In this document: positions 39,351 to 52,975 of the stretch, one piece after another
Numbering within the stretch: position 1 is the stretch's first letter
Layout: each line of letters opens with the position of its first letter
Source of the DNA: Octopus bimaculoides
Taxonomy: Eukaryota
Length of the DNA: 64,000 bases
Reading direction: 5' to 3'
Assembly: GCF_001194135.2 (NCBI RefSeq)
Contig: NC_068984.1
Location: forward strand, 136,205,738 to 136,269,737
Program-made: the position numbers and the translations under genes
Notes under the pieces: model-generated
Databases searched by the model: none
Told to the model about the DNA's origin: nothing
What the model saw: the letters and a program-made list of their open reading frames with translations, nothing else

Positions 39351-41201
39351 TGGGAGAGAGAGTGAGATGTTTGCATGTGTTTGGGTGTATATATATATAT
39401 ATATATACATGCTGGTACATTTAAACATTAAATATGTACTTAAAATAGCTACATGGTCCTAAACTAAAGCGAATCTCGTATGGTTCTATGTTTGACAGCC
39501 AAAGTAACTGTGTGCCTTAGATATTACAGTTTCTGTTGAATATTTGTTACACTCATATAAATACGAAAGTCATAAGGTGGATAAAATAAAGGTTTTTACC
39601 TCGGCTATTGTTAGCTAAAAACGTACGAGAGCGCAATGGCTCGGCATTTTGACCAGCTCTTAATGTTATTTGGATTGTATGATTACAGGAAAATGTTTCC
39701 TGAAACAACACATGTTTATTTTAAATAATTTTAATAATTACTGTAAACATGTATACCGAAGTACAATTTTCTGAATACGTCAAAATTCATTTTATCGCAA
39801 AACTTATTAATGATGTTCATATTCTTACGCTTTAAATAATGATAGTTTCCATCAGAAACACAAATTGGATTTTATCTGAGCTTACTAAAATACACTGGAT
39901 AATTTTACGGTTTTCTCTATATTCTGGAAGCTACGACAATTCGTCATTCCTTAGAAGCACACAGTTTGGTAGTTCATTATATTCACCATATTAAACCTGT
40001 TCTCTATAGTCTAAGACTTGTTATTATTGGAACTTATTTTTAATGTATTTCTTGAATCTTATGAAACTAATTTTGTTGCCTGTAATCTCCCATCAGCAGA
40101 TTACCGAATATACCGAAGCTTACTCGGACAGAAATAACCATATAAATCCGCACTAGAATTAATGACAAACGTAATCTACAATGACAATAACGTCTCTTTT
40201 GTTAAAATTCGGAGCTTAGACAGACGACTTTCTTGTTGTCTACACACATGTCCATCTGAGACATTTTAGCCAGTGTTTACCAAAATAATTGTAACATACG
40301 CGCACGATTGCTGTTTGGATATACATATATACTTTTACGGCAACAGAACTAGAAAATCGTCTGGCATATTGAGTCACTTTCTTACCGACTGTTTCTTAGT
40401 AATTGTATATAATATATCGGAAATGGCTAATTGACTAAACGAATATGTAATCGTATATTTCTCATATCTTGCTGTGGCTCTACCGCCGATCTCATACACT
40501 ACAATACGTAGGGATACTGTCCTCTTACACCGTATTTTGAATTGTTAACAATGGCTAAGTCAAGGTCCGATGAGATCGAGCAGGTCTGAGATGAACTGCA
40601 TACTATCAGTAACCATATCCAAATTTTTCCGCTCACAGTACTTCAAGAAACACGTTTACTTGTAAGTTCCCATCTTTATGAGACAGAAGTTTTATTGAAT
40701 GAAGATTTGACAGTTAACACCATCGGTTCAAGGGACTGCATAGACTAGTCCTCGTTGACTTTGATGTGTTTTAAATGATTCAACATCTTGCAGCGGGTTT
40801 CATCTAAAGGTAAGCTCACTTGAGAATTTATATCTGCATTTTATGTGCCACTTGTGATTATTAAACTATTGTTCCGACTACGATTCCGTATGTTAAACAT
40901 AGATCCATACGAGACTCGTTTTAGTTTAAGACCACGTAACTATTTTAAGTACATTTGAAATACAACTGATACTTATTTATAGATCTCTTTGGGCAAATGG
41001 CTTTACCACAAAAAGAGTGCAGTTCACTAATCCACTGCAGAATACGAACCACGAACCTCTCCGATGATCGATGAATCTTTATCCTCTGCAACAAGTGATT
41101 TCATCAGTAAGTACAGCAGTGAAATATATTATCCGCTTCTAGTTAGCATGCCATATTCCTTCAGCTATAACCTTTGCACTGTTGTAGAGCATTGTTGTAA
41201 G

Positions 41202-41238
<37 letters not shown>

Positions 41239-41259
41239 TAGTGTGCCTGCGTGTGTCTG

Positions 41260-41292
<33 letters not shown>

Positions 41293-44200
41293 TGTGTCTG
41301 TGTATGTGGGTGTGTTTGTGTGTATTTCTGACAAAGATTAGAGAGAACAATAAGAGAGATTCCAACAAATCTTGACGATTTTTAAATGTTTGAATTACCT
41401 CATAAATTATTGACGAGTAGATCCTTTTCAAGGTTTCTGCAATAAAAAAAAAATCAACAACGCTATTAAATAATAATTTATAAAATTGAGAATATTCATA
41501 GACGATAAATATAATTCATTCTTTATCGCTAATAAATATTTAAAATTTCGGCACCAACTCGTAGTTTTGTTTAGCTGATCGCGTCAGTTACAATACATGA
41601 CTCAACCATGTTTTGTAAACCTTGGACAATAGTTGCTGTTTTTGTTATTGCTATTTAACACCAGATCAACTCATACGGTTTAAAGCTATAATGCATACAC
41701 AATTCATACGTAGTTTATCAACGCCAGACTGGTTTTTGTTCTTATTGCTGTTGTTCTTATGCGATTTATCCCCAGAGGAAATCTAATTGGAGTAGCGTTT
41801 ATGAGCAAATGTATCTGAGGAGTGATCCTACTACATTTGATATAGACCTAGTGTTTCTTGTTCTGCATTATAAAATGAGTTCATAATTCTCAGAAATATT
41901 TCAATGTGATTTGGGTGATATTTGTTCTGCTATTTCTGGCGTACCAAACGGTCGCACAGAGACTTATCAGTTCGACGCTCCACATTTGAAAATCGATAAA
42001 TTCTAACGAGATTTGCTGGGCACTAAACTGTTTTCACGATCTTATCGTTCTGCCAAACCAGTCGTCTAGCCAACAAAGGCACCTCTTATGTAGCCGCTTT
42101 AGTTGCTAGAATAAGCAATCAAATTTACCTCAGATAACGTTAGATTATTTTAAATTAAAGATAACGGAGACCATGACATCTGAAAAACTGGTTGCTTACG
42201 ACTGGAATTCTTTTAATAGTAGGACTGTCCGATCCGGCAACACATCGTCTAAAGAACAATTACAAAATAATTGTGATATCTAGGGTATTTGGAAAGATAT
42301 ATAACTGATTTAATCTCTGATATTAGTGTACTCCTCTCTTGTTGTACTCTTTGGATACAATGGTCAGTAAGCTCTTGTGAATTTTTAGCTCAGCAGTTAA
42401 TCATAGAGAGCAAGGCGTTTTTTAATCGCTCTATCGTTTGTACCTCTTGGACATGCAGTAACTCCAACGAAAATAATGAGAAATGAAATGGGAACATAAT
42501 GTCTTCGATATTTGTTTGAAAGAAACATAAATTCTACGATTATAGAAATGTGGAGAACCGAATGAAATAATGCAGCATAGAAGTAGCATATATTATATTT
42601 TATGGTATATTAGATTCCACTGGCATCAGCTTGTATTTTCATTCTTCTTTGTTTCATCAACAAAAGTATCAGATGGATAATCAGATCTATTTAATTTCAT
42701 ATTCCCGCCCACGTACTCATGCACAACATGACTAATTTTAAATAGAAATAATAATTCCTAAGTCTCCTTTGTTTCTATTAAAAGGATAATCACTATTTTA
42801 CCGAAGTATTCTATTCAAATATTTGGTAACATCAAATATTTAATTTGCTATATTTGAAAGCAGTAAATGTTGTTTTACGAGATTCAAATGCTGCAAAATA
42901 TTATTAGTTGCTATATTTGAAAAATATTTATTTTTATCCTCTGCTATATGCGTATTCATTTATATTGCATTTTCAATTTTAAAAATATATATTTACAGTA
43001 AGGTATAATTCTCCAACATCTAACGAAAATTAATCCTCAAAGAGGAAAAGGGTTAAAAAAATGTTTATGAAATGCGCGTGGAGATTAATAATAGAGTTAT
43101 TCTTAAAAGTATTTGAAAAACGTCAGAAGTAAACTAAATGCGAGAGTGCTTTGTTTATATCTAGGATAAATCGCTATTTATTTAAAATTTCAAGAGATTT
43201 TCTGGAGTGATTATATAAATGTTTAGTTTCTCCTGTATTTCTCCAAAATACAGAAGAAAGCAAACGGAGTAAAATGAGTGCTTTACCTAGACAAAATTCT
43301 ATCTATTTACACAATGATATCTAAAGCTATATCATAATCCTACATTTTCTGAAAGTTAATTAGCAGAATAACTGAAATGACTTACCGTTGATTGTCAATT
43401 AAATTTAACCCACTAGAATTTTCTCACTACATATTTATGACTTAAAATTCAGGGCTCAATTTTTTTTATTTTAGACTAAAGCAGAGCAGAGATTTCGTTT
43501 TTCGTATTACCATTATATGAGTGATATGTGTTTATTAACATTGTCGTTCAGTCAATTTGTTATAACACTATCGGTATATGAATCTATGCATTCCAATGCA
43601 TTTAGAACGATGAAATACTGTCTCTTAGATAGGCGTCTTCCCAAAATATTATATGAATTTAAGACGAATCTCTGTTTTTTGGACTAGAGTTTTTCTTATA
43701 CTTTTTCCACTCTCTTTTTCTATAATATATTATAAGCAGTTAGAAGATTTAAATAATGTTCTTCATTTTAGATTATATATAAGTAGCTGGATAGATAAAA
43801 CAGACAGGTCTTTCAGAACTATAACGTAAATGTATTAGATTAGAAGGAAAACGAAGTGATTTCCGACTTTTGAAGTATTTCTTGTTTTGATGGAAAGAAA
43901 CTCAGAAACTTCAGTAGCAGCCAACCGACAATTTAATAATTTTTCTTTGATGCAGTGAATGTATGATATATTTCTTGTCGTTTAACAAATTCAAGCTAAA
44001 AAACAATTATTCCCCAACATTAGAAGAAAATGTTTGTAATAATTTTAAAATCTATTGATTTCCCCGTGTTTTAATAACGTCAGACCATCGTATTATGGCA
44101 GTGAATTGAAATTGCCGAGTTGATAAATCAATAGATTCTGTTCTGAATGGTCATGAATACAAATCCACTACATGTGTTTCAAAGAATTTCAATGAAGAGC

Positions 44201-45266
44201 TCCAGATTTCACATATTTCTCAGTAAATGCGCTGTCGCTGATACATAGAATATCTCGTGTTAATATTTATAATGATAGACTGGCATCCGCTACAGGAGAC
44301 GATTAAATTCTCGTTTAATGTATTTAAGCCACCAAATATTGAAATAAACACCCTCGCTTTAAGGGTGTCGCGAAAGGCTTGATTAGAGGTCCAAACTTCC
44401 TAGTTCTTTTACAGGGCTTAGAATAACTGAAGGACCGCTGCAATAAGTTTGTGAATCTCTGAGAGGGGAATAAGTTCAATAAAATCATAACCAACTGATA
44501 TACTATATATAGTAAAAATCGCTTACTACATGTCGATAATCGAGTCATTGGTGTATGGAACATCCAGATGAAAGGGAGCAATCGGGTTTCTGTATTGTTC
44601 GATCTCCAATGATGATACACTTACGGCTATAGTTGGGTCGGTTCCACACGTCGATGCCCAGATGAACTGAATCAACGTGTCTCTGAAACAAATATCAAAA
44701 CTTACGCCTTTACTGTAAACTCCTGACAAGCAATAAATAAATCCCGGTTACAGTTATCTATATTAAAATATGAGGTTGTCCCTGCCCTACAATAGCTATA
44801 TACAGTTTTCTACGTAGACTAAATTAAACAAATAATGTCAATAATGCAACATGAAATGAAGACATGAATTTATTACTGACTAATATGTTACACATATATT
44901 TAGATTTATATGTGATATATAATGATAATTTATAAAATTGGATTACATCATATGTGTGAACTTCAGGTTATTTAAGATATGTTTGTGACAAGTTGTAACT
45001 TCTAAATGTCATCAGCTCGACTAAGCTTTACAAGAGAGCGACTGATGTCTTTCTCAACCGCTCACTGTGCATAATAAACTGTGAGGTTACAAACGGAAGA
45101 ATTAACAGGTCAAAAATTGGGTATGACAAGGAGCTGAATCTTGTTGCCACACATTATGGCCTTCCCAAAACAATTAGCTCCAGCCATGGATTGACTACAG
45201 TAGCTTCATGTAGCCGACTGAAATGTGCTTAAGGCCCTGCTGAAAAATGCAAGGATAGCTTCCTGC

Positions 45267-45332
45267 GTGCGGACGCAATCAGAACGTGCGGACGCAATCA
45301 GAACGCGGACGCATTCAGAACGCAATCAGAAC
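45267..45332 (+). repeat. Short tandem array of gtgcggacgcaatcagaac
   Basis: Units of 19, 19, 17 and 11 bp sharing the same 3' end. Confidence 0.95.
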
Positions 45333-45499
45333 GCTTTCCCTGCTAATGGCTACGGCTTTGCCGTATCCGTTGCAGCTGTCAATTTCACATATTACAGCCT
45401 TTACAGTGTTCACAGGACTTTGAGCAGCAGTGAGGATTTCATTATTTTGATAGCCGGCCCAATCATCATAACTCTTTTGCTAATATCAGTTTCAAATTT

Positions 45500-45912
45500 T
45501 GGAACAAGGCCAGAAAGATCGCGTTAAGGGATAAGTCGATTATATAGACACTAGAGTTCAACTGGCACTTCTTCTATCGGCCCGGAAGGGTGAAAAGTAA
45601 AGTCGACCTCAATGGAATTTGAACTGAGAACGTAAAGACAGACGAAATGCCGCTAAGCAATAGCGACATGCTAACAGTTGTATTAGCATGTCGCCCTAAT
45701 TATAAGTAAGTATGGATTTCACATTGTAGTACAAGGCCGACCATTTCGAGGGGTAAGTAAATTTCATGGGCCCCAGTCTTCAAATGGTACTTATTTCATC
45801 GAGCTGAAAGGGATGAAAGGCAAAGTGGACGTCAGTGGAATTTAAACACAGGCCGTACAGACGGACGAAATACTGCCAAGCTTTTTGTCTTAGATGTTAT
45901 CACCTCACCTCC
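45500..45912 (-). mobile_element. Two tandem SINE family B copies
   Basis: Two aaagt(c/g)gac...gaattt...gacgaaat cores; ccctaattata follows each copy. Confidence 0.8.
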
Positions 45913-47271
45913 CTAATTATATATAAATATAAAAAAGACTACGTTAACTTCATTCAAATATTCCAGAAGTAAGGCTACCTTCACTCACTGTGTAATTTTA
46001 GCAGAACAATCTACGCATATTTATTATTCATCAGAGAAAATTTCGCATCGGAATGAGCATATTTTTTACGCAAAATACTATTCCTAAATTCGATTTTACA
46101 TTTGTGAATAATATTGATTTCTCACTTTGGCACAATGCAACACATTTTGTTTACAGTAGGAAACAGTCGATTAATAATACTTCGGTTCTTTTGTGGAATT
46201 TATTTTCTGAAATGCGAAAGGATAGATGCAGAAGTCGACAATGGCGGAATTAGAAATTACAACCTACTTATAAATCACATGACATGTTATTGAACCTTTT
46301 GCTGCTGCTGCTTCGTCATTACCCTTGTTTATGGATTATATTGAATCACAAATTTAAATTTTCTTTATGAACATTTCTGAAGGCTTTTGTAAAACAAATC
46401 AGGGGTTATACATGAAAATTAATATGCTTTATGCAAGCATATTAAGCATGGTTTCTCCCCATGTAGAACATTCTAAAATGTACTAATTAAATACTTCTAT
46501 AACTTTTTTGAAAAATTAAATCATATTTGACCTGTTTCGATGACGGACATTTCGAAGGATACAAAACATTATTTATTTCATAGAAAACTGATTAGCTACT
46601 GGAAATTCAAATTCCTGGACAAATTATACTGGGGAACGTAGTCTGATTCCATATATCACCGAAGTGGATTTGGTATTCCCATTTTTTGTGTCCACCCAAA
46701 CTCTAAAATTCTTAGTACGCAGGCAGTCATCAGTTTGAGTATTTCCATGTCCCTCTACACTAATACTAGATAACCTGTTGGTCAACAGCTGAGTAAGTCC
46801 AGCTGTTTGATCTTTTGACATGTTTATTTTATCCTGCTGGGTTTCTAATAAACGTTTTTACTTGGTTTCCCTAATTGCTTACTAGATTAGCTGCCGGTGA
46901 CCCGCCATCTGACAAGTTGCATGTTACCAACAGTATGTGGGAGTTACCTAACCACAATACCTAATTTGTATCTTGCTAATTAAATATATAATTGTCTGGT
47001 GATGACTAAAATATTACGTATAGATATGACTTGATTTATTTATGCAGAATATCTGATAATCTTACACAGTTACTCAGCAAATAACATTCTCTACAGCAGA
47101 TCATCTCAAAGACTATAATAGTACTTGACATTAATTTATATTAATTTATATTTTTACATTCACACTACATAATTATTTTTCGTTAGTTTTCAATGGTATT
47201 TGTATAACTTGTCTATTAATTTTAATCTCGTACACCTCTACAAAAGTACAAAAATGTAGTGATGCCCTTAC

Positions 47272-47356
47272 CATGAATTTGGCAATCACTAAGGAAGTTA
47301 TGTTTCGCTAACGTGATCTTATAAGATCGGAACACATCCGGAGTTGTCATCCATAC
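47272..47356 (-). CDS. Candidate internal exon (VWMTTPDVFRSYKITLAKHNFLSDCQIH, phase 0 to 1), product unknown
   Basis: Acceptor ttttaatctaattttctcag with a ctaat branch point, donor atg|gtaagg, 85 bp, only one frame open. Confidence 0.33.
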
Positions 47357-47678
47357 CTGAGAAAATTAGATTAAAATACTATTTGTTATTCAGCTAATGT
47401 TTTGTTCTCCTCATTGCATAAATATTATTAATTAATTAGATTTTCTTCATTACATTAGCTGTGATGGCACTCACTTGGCTATTAATTCATAAGATTGCTG
47501 ATTTTACGTCTGCCATCTCAATTAGCAATCTTGTCCAATGACTGAGTCTATATTGTTCAGTTGACGATCAATAACAAATAAAATTCTCCTGTCTCACTCA
47601 TTCGCTCTTCGCTCTCTCTCTTTCTCCTACTGAAACACATACATATTTCTGTACAGATGTACACATAAACACACAGAT

Positions 47679-47720
<42 letters not shown>

Positions 47721-48044
47721 TATATACGTATGCATCTGTAAATATGCGCCTAATGCCTAATTAACTCCTTACAATGGTATCTGTAATATTCCGGAGTGAA
47801 TATGGGGTAAAATTGAATCGATATCTTATTTTTAAATCAATATAAGCTATTTTTATCTTCTAATCGGCACATCATGCGCTACCTGTACGTGAAATTTCAG
47901 TTATAATATATTAGCTGCAAGTAAAATTAAATCAGTGACAACTGTACGGAAGCCCGCCAAATAAACTGTAGTTGTTATTCGTTAGTATATCTAATCCTTT
48001 TAGCATATCAACATCACTATCTGCGCTACGTATCTATTGTTGTT

Positions 48045-48265
48045 ATTTCTTTTACTTGCTTCAATCACTGAACTGCGGTCATGCTGGAGTTTCCCTTGAA
48101 TAACCTTAGTCGAACAAATTGACCCCACTACTTAGTTCTTCAAGTCAGGTACATAATTATTCTGTCGATCTCTTTTGCCGAACATCTAAAGTAAGAGGAC
48201 GTAAACAAACCAACACCTGTTGTCAAGCGGTGTAGGTTGATACATAAAGACACAAACTCACATGC
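48045..48265 (-). mobile_element. SINE family A, 3' half
   Basis: ttttacttgcttcaatcact...gtcgaacaaattgacccc...gacgtaaac. Confidence 0.85.
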
Positions 48266-48276
48266 ATTATATATAT

Positions 48277-48329
<53 letters not shown>

Positions 48330-48460
48330 TGGTACAACAAAGCAGCAATGTTTACTGGAAATAGCAGTAGTAATACTTCAATGTGTATATACTAGCAAAG
48401 ACGTGTGAGAGCAGCAGACATAAAAAAAATTATCTTACCTTCTAGGAAGAACATTATGTA

Positions 48461-48541
48461 GGCGTAGGAGTGGGTGTGTGGTAAGTAGCTTGCTTACCAA
48501 CCACATGGTTCTGGGTTCAGTTCCACTGCATGGCACCTTGG
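48461..48541 (+). mobile_element. SINE family A head
   Basis: ggcgtaggagtgggtgtgtggtaagtagcttgc...ggcaccttgg. Confidence 0.9.
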
Positions 48542-49304
48542 CTTCAATGTGTACAGAGGGACTGACCCCCAAAACCACGTGGTTGGAAAGCGATTTTCCT
48601 TTCTACGTCACCATTCCAGCGTGTTCAGAATTAATGCTCGTCTACCTCTGTATATTATTGTGTATGTTTACAGGGATGCAATTACCAGGAAATGAGCTTA
48701 TACTAAGGATGTGCTTCCGTAGGGAAGCTATGTAAAGCCAAAACACACTTGGCACGCCAACATTAGATTAAAATATTATAAGAGACTGAGTTATAAGTGT
48801 ATTCTTCTCGCCGCATAAGTTATATTGATTTTTTTTAATTTTTCTCTTTTTTTGTGTGTTGGCTATATTTAAGTACGAAGGTACTAACCTGATTGTTAGT
48901 AGCCGAGACTTCTCTATTACAAGAAGGTCACTGAAATATGAATGAATTCGCTTCCTGATGCAGAAACCATGCACCGTGGTTTCTTCCTGTCTTCCCATCA
49001 GTACTGGCCATTCTGCGAAAGGTCAGGTATATTATCTTTCCTCCACTAACCATTAAAAAAGACTTTAGTTGTCTATTTCAGTTAAATGTTTAACTCTCCA
49101 TAGCTCAATTTTCTTGCCAGTCAGCTGTAGTTAGCAAATCTTTAGAAAATACCACCCACTTGAATCCTATCAAAGTAAAGCATTTTACATTTATCATCAT
49201 AAAGTTGGTCGTTATGACCTTCATAAAGGTTAAAATATATTACTTAGGAAAGCTTGCGTAAGAAATAAGCGTTGCTCATCGCCATAAGATCCTTTCTAAA
49301 TTTA

Positions 49305-49630
49305 GAACAAGAACAGACATCTGGTGGGAGGGGCTTAGTTGATTAATTCCACCAAGTAATTCACCACTGCTTTATTTTATTGAAAATCTGGGAAAGAAAG
49401 ACAAAGTTGATCTCCGGGATGTGAATTCAAAATTTATAAATCTGATAAAATACCACATGATATTTTCTCCGACACTCTGTCGATTCTGCCAATTCACAGC
49501 CTACCTCTCACACTAAATACAAGGCCTGAAAGTTTCGTGGAGGAGGATATTCGAAGAGACCAAAATCTTGAAATGCCGCTACGCATTACTTCCTCCATGC
49601 TAACGATTCTTCCATCTCGCCGCCTTTGAT
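49305..49630 (-). mobile_element. Two tandem, highly diverged SINE family B copies
   Basis: Two heads (gattctgccaattcac; gctaacgattcttccatctcgccgcc), each followed by tcacactaaata. Confidence 0.6.
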
Positions 49631-49705
49631 TCACACTAAATAATAAAACGATCAACCGGTTAACTATTCATTCGTTATTAAGTCGATGTATCAGTTAGCA
49701 GTTCG

Positions 49706-49759
49706 TTACCAAAGCCTTGTGAGTGGATTTGGAGGATGGAAACTGAAAGAAGCCCGTCG

Positions 49760-49840
<81 letters not shown>

Positions 49841-50047
49841 GTACCTGTGTTTGTCTCCCCCAACATCGCTGGACAACCCATGCTGGTGTGTTTAGGTCTT
49901 CGTAACTTAGCGGTTCGGCAATAGAGACCGATAGAATAAGTAGTAGGCATCCAAAGAATAAGTCCTGGGGTCGATTTGCTCGACTAAAGGTGGCGTTCCA
50001 GCATGGCCTCAGTCAAATGACTAAAACAAGTAAAAGAGTAAAAGGAG
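49706..50047 (+). mobile_element. SINE family A, 5'-truncated, with a long (TG)n
   Basis: ccaaagccttgtgagtgg ... aaaagagtaaaagg. Confidence 0.92.
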
Positions 50048-50061
50048 AGTATGGCATACAT

Positions 50062-50310
50062 TGTGCAAAATTGTCAATTACTCGAACACATTCCTCTTTG
50101 GCAATTTCCCTGATTTCTTCTGTGGCTGCTGCCTTCAGTTCACCAATCGTTTGTGGGTTGTTCTGGTAAACATTACCCTTAAGATACCCCAACAGATAAA
50201 AATCTGTGTGAGGCGGGTGTTCAAGTCCGGTGAATGCGGTGCCCATTCAACGTCACACTTCTGATCAGTCTCTCCTGAAATCGCTCTGTCAGACAGGTTA
50301 GGGTATCATT
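50062..50310 (-). mobile_element. Tc1/mariner transposase C-terminal remnant
   Basis: DVEWAPHSPDLN, then after a frameshift DFYLLGYLKGNVYQNNPQTIGELKAA...CVRVIDNFAQ. Confidence 0.85.
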
Positions 50311-51829
50311 TGAATTGTAGTGCTGGAACCACTGCTCATCTCGATCTATCCCTCTGCGTCGTTTTATTCAGTTTTATTTAAAGATTTGGGGGTTCTGTTT
50401 TTTTTTTGGGGGGGGGAGGTCACCCTGTACTTTTAAAATATTTGTTTGATTACTTTTTCTTACATCAAAGTAACTACGGCAGAGTCAAATACGCTATGAG
50501 GAACGCTATCACATGTTATCAAACATTATTCTTGTGATGAGCAACGAAGTAGATAACTCCGACAATTCTTTATTATTAAGCCCTATGGGCAGATATATAG
50601 ACTCCATCATTGCTTGCTGGCTGTCTTAAAGCTAGATTACTGGTTTCGTAACTAGTATCATACTGACAATCTCGCTTGGTATACGTGTAGTGCCTCATTA
50701 CTGGTTTGGTAGCAACTGCTTTGCTAGTTTTGCAGTGATTAACTTGCTGGCTCTCTAGTGACTAGCTTCTAATATAGAAATGTATATAGAATCCTCAGGT
50801 GATTTTAGGAAATGATATTAATCGATAATTTACATATAAACAGTCACCGATAATATATTTACGTAGTTAAACTCATTTCAGAGATTAATATGGTGATTAA
50901 ATAGCATATGTTTTAGTTAACATTACTCCGTATTTTCGTTAAAGAGACTTATTGATCAGAATTGATCTAATTTGTCTCCCTTGCTTGTTTTACCAAATAA
51001 TAATGTTACTTGAATTATGGGAGTTTGCTTCAGAAAGCATTTTCCCTCAGCTATATGTCCCCGTGCATATAGATGAGGGAGGATGTTTAGTAAGTGTTTC
51101 AATCAATCAATTTTATAAAATAAGTAAACCAACAATGTACAAGAGAACAATGACTCTCTTCTATCGTTTTCGTTTTTTAGTCATCTTCATTTCTTCACGA
51201 CATGTCGCTCTGTTTAATTCTTGAAGCTACGCACGCGTCCATTTTGTGTTTTTCGTATGCGCTTTTTCCAAAGTGTGTTGCCTGTTCCTGGCCATATTCC
51301 CTAAAATGTGTTGCCTTTGTTACTGTTTAGCAACCGATCAGATCTGACTTATCAAACAATGTTTTCTTTATATTTTAAACCGGCAGTGCGTAATTTCAAG
51401 GAAATTTAAGTGTTACTTCTAACATAGATGGTCTAAGATAAGGCCTGGTTTTAAAAGAAGTATATTTTCGTTCTTTTTCGTAGTATGATGCTGTGTTGTA
51501 ATGACTAAATCATTTTATTTTCCACCTTAGATCTATCAGCAGAAGAGTTGCATGGCTCGCTGATTTCCTAGAAATTTCTTTATTAACACTCAATTTATTT
51601 CGATATGCTGTTTATGGAATGCAAAATATGTTTAATTTCATTTCAAAATAATGTTTCACTTCACAGAACTCTATATTTCTTCACATTCTACAACTAGCAT
51701 CCGTAATGTACATAGTGTACAGTTGAAATTAATATGGCTCTTATAAGAATTTTTATTTTTATTTTTGGAGCCATTATAATAATTTTAATCCGACAAACAA
51801 GTTGTAATCTTGCTAAAGATGTTATGGCT

Positions 51830-52270
51830 GTAACATTCTGGTATTTTACATTTTGTCTTTGATCTTATATCTTCTGTTATGTTTCTTAAATATTTAAAAT
51901 CATCAACTTGTTTGAGCGTCTTTTGTTTTAATTATATTTTGAATGGACAGTGGGCTAAAGATTTCAATTGGATTAACAATTTCAGTTGGATTAAATATTT
52001 TCTTTTAGTTTCAACTAGATTGCTTTATCGTTACTTTTGTCAGTATTTCTTTTCATTCCATATTTTTTCTCAATTATATCAAAGTATTTTGTAAGATCTC
52101 TAATTTCCTCTTCAATTCATCCTTTTAAATCAATATTATCTCTGATACACAGATTACTAAGTAATCCAAATCTTACTTCAACAATATTTTCTTCCAAAGA
52201 TTCAACGGCGACTGTTATTATATATTTGAATAGGCCTAGAAAAAATTTACACCCTTTCTTCACTGAGACC
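51830..52270 (-). mobile_element. Decayed RTE-like RT fragment (YADD region)
   Basis: LCIRDNIDL, EEEIRDL...KYGMKRNTDKS and LKQVDDFKYL occur in canonical order. Confidence 0.65.
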
Positions 52271-52344
52271 TACCATTCTTCCAAATCACTTATTTAGTGA
52301 TCTTCCAACCGAAACTAGATATTATGAGTAGTCATAAGTTTTAT

Positions 52345-52975
52345 CTTTGCCTTCTATATTCCACGTGCTTCCCTCGCTTGACTGGTGCACCGCCTTAAAG
52401 AATTTTAGTCGAACAAATCGACCCTATTAATTATTTTCATGTCAAAGTCTGGTACTTATTCTATCAGATTATTTCTCAGAACCGTTAGGTTATTGGGACG
52501 CTAAACACAGGTATACACACACACACACACATATATATATTTTTTTTTTATTGCCCACAGGGGGCTAAACATAGAGGGAACAACCAAGGACAGACAAAGG
52601 AATAAAGTCGACTACAAAGGGATGAAGTCGATTACATCGACTCCAGTGCGTAACTGGTACTTATTTAATCGACGCCGAAAGGATGAAAGGCAAAGTCGAC
52701 CACGGCGAAATCTGAATTCAGAACGCAACGGCAGACAAAATACCTCTAAGCATTTCGCTCGGTTTGCTAACGATTCTGCTAGCTCACCGCCCTTTATATA
52801 TATATATACAATGGACCTTTTTCCCGGTTCCCTTTACCAAATCCACTCACAAATTATTATATGGTCCGAAGCTTTATTAGTTGGCACATGCCCAAGATGC
52901 TACGCATTGGGACTGAACGCAGAGCCTTGTGGTTGTAAAGCAAGCTTCTTACCACACATCCACACCTGCGCCTCT
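52345..52975 (-). mobile_element. SINE family A interrupted by a family B copy (52540-52792)
   Basis: The A tail (52345-52530) and A head (52800-52975) flank a complete B copy at the central microsatellite. Confidence 0.85.

Noticed and set aside
45267-45332. CRISPR-like array
   Set aside because: The units are contiguous with no spacers, in a eukaryotic context.
46624-46821. 65-aa minus-strand ORF
   Set aside because: No good donor site; the plus strand faintly resembles an RTE RT (WIW...LCPPKL), so it is likely transposon debris.
36416-48930. Alternative minus-strand exon chain 48889-48930, 44625-44682, 36416-36480 (DLLVIEKSRLLTIR-DTLIQFIWASTCGTDPTIA-TRLYGHNPIIYQYVCGSNKSLP)
   Set aside because: It has good splice signals but is phase-incompatible with the interleaved chain reported above. 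That two chains can be built shows how easily these arise by chance. No recognisable protein.
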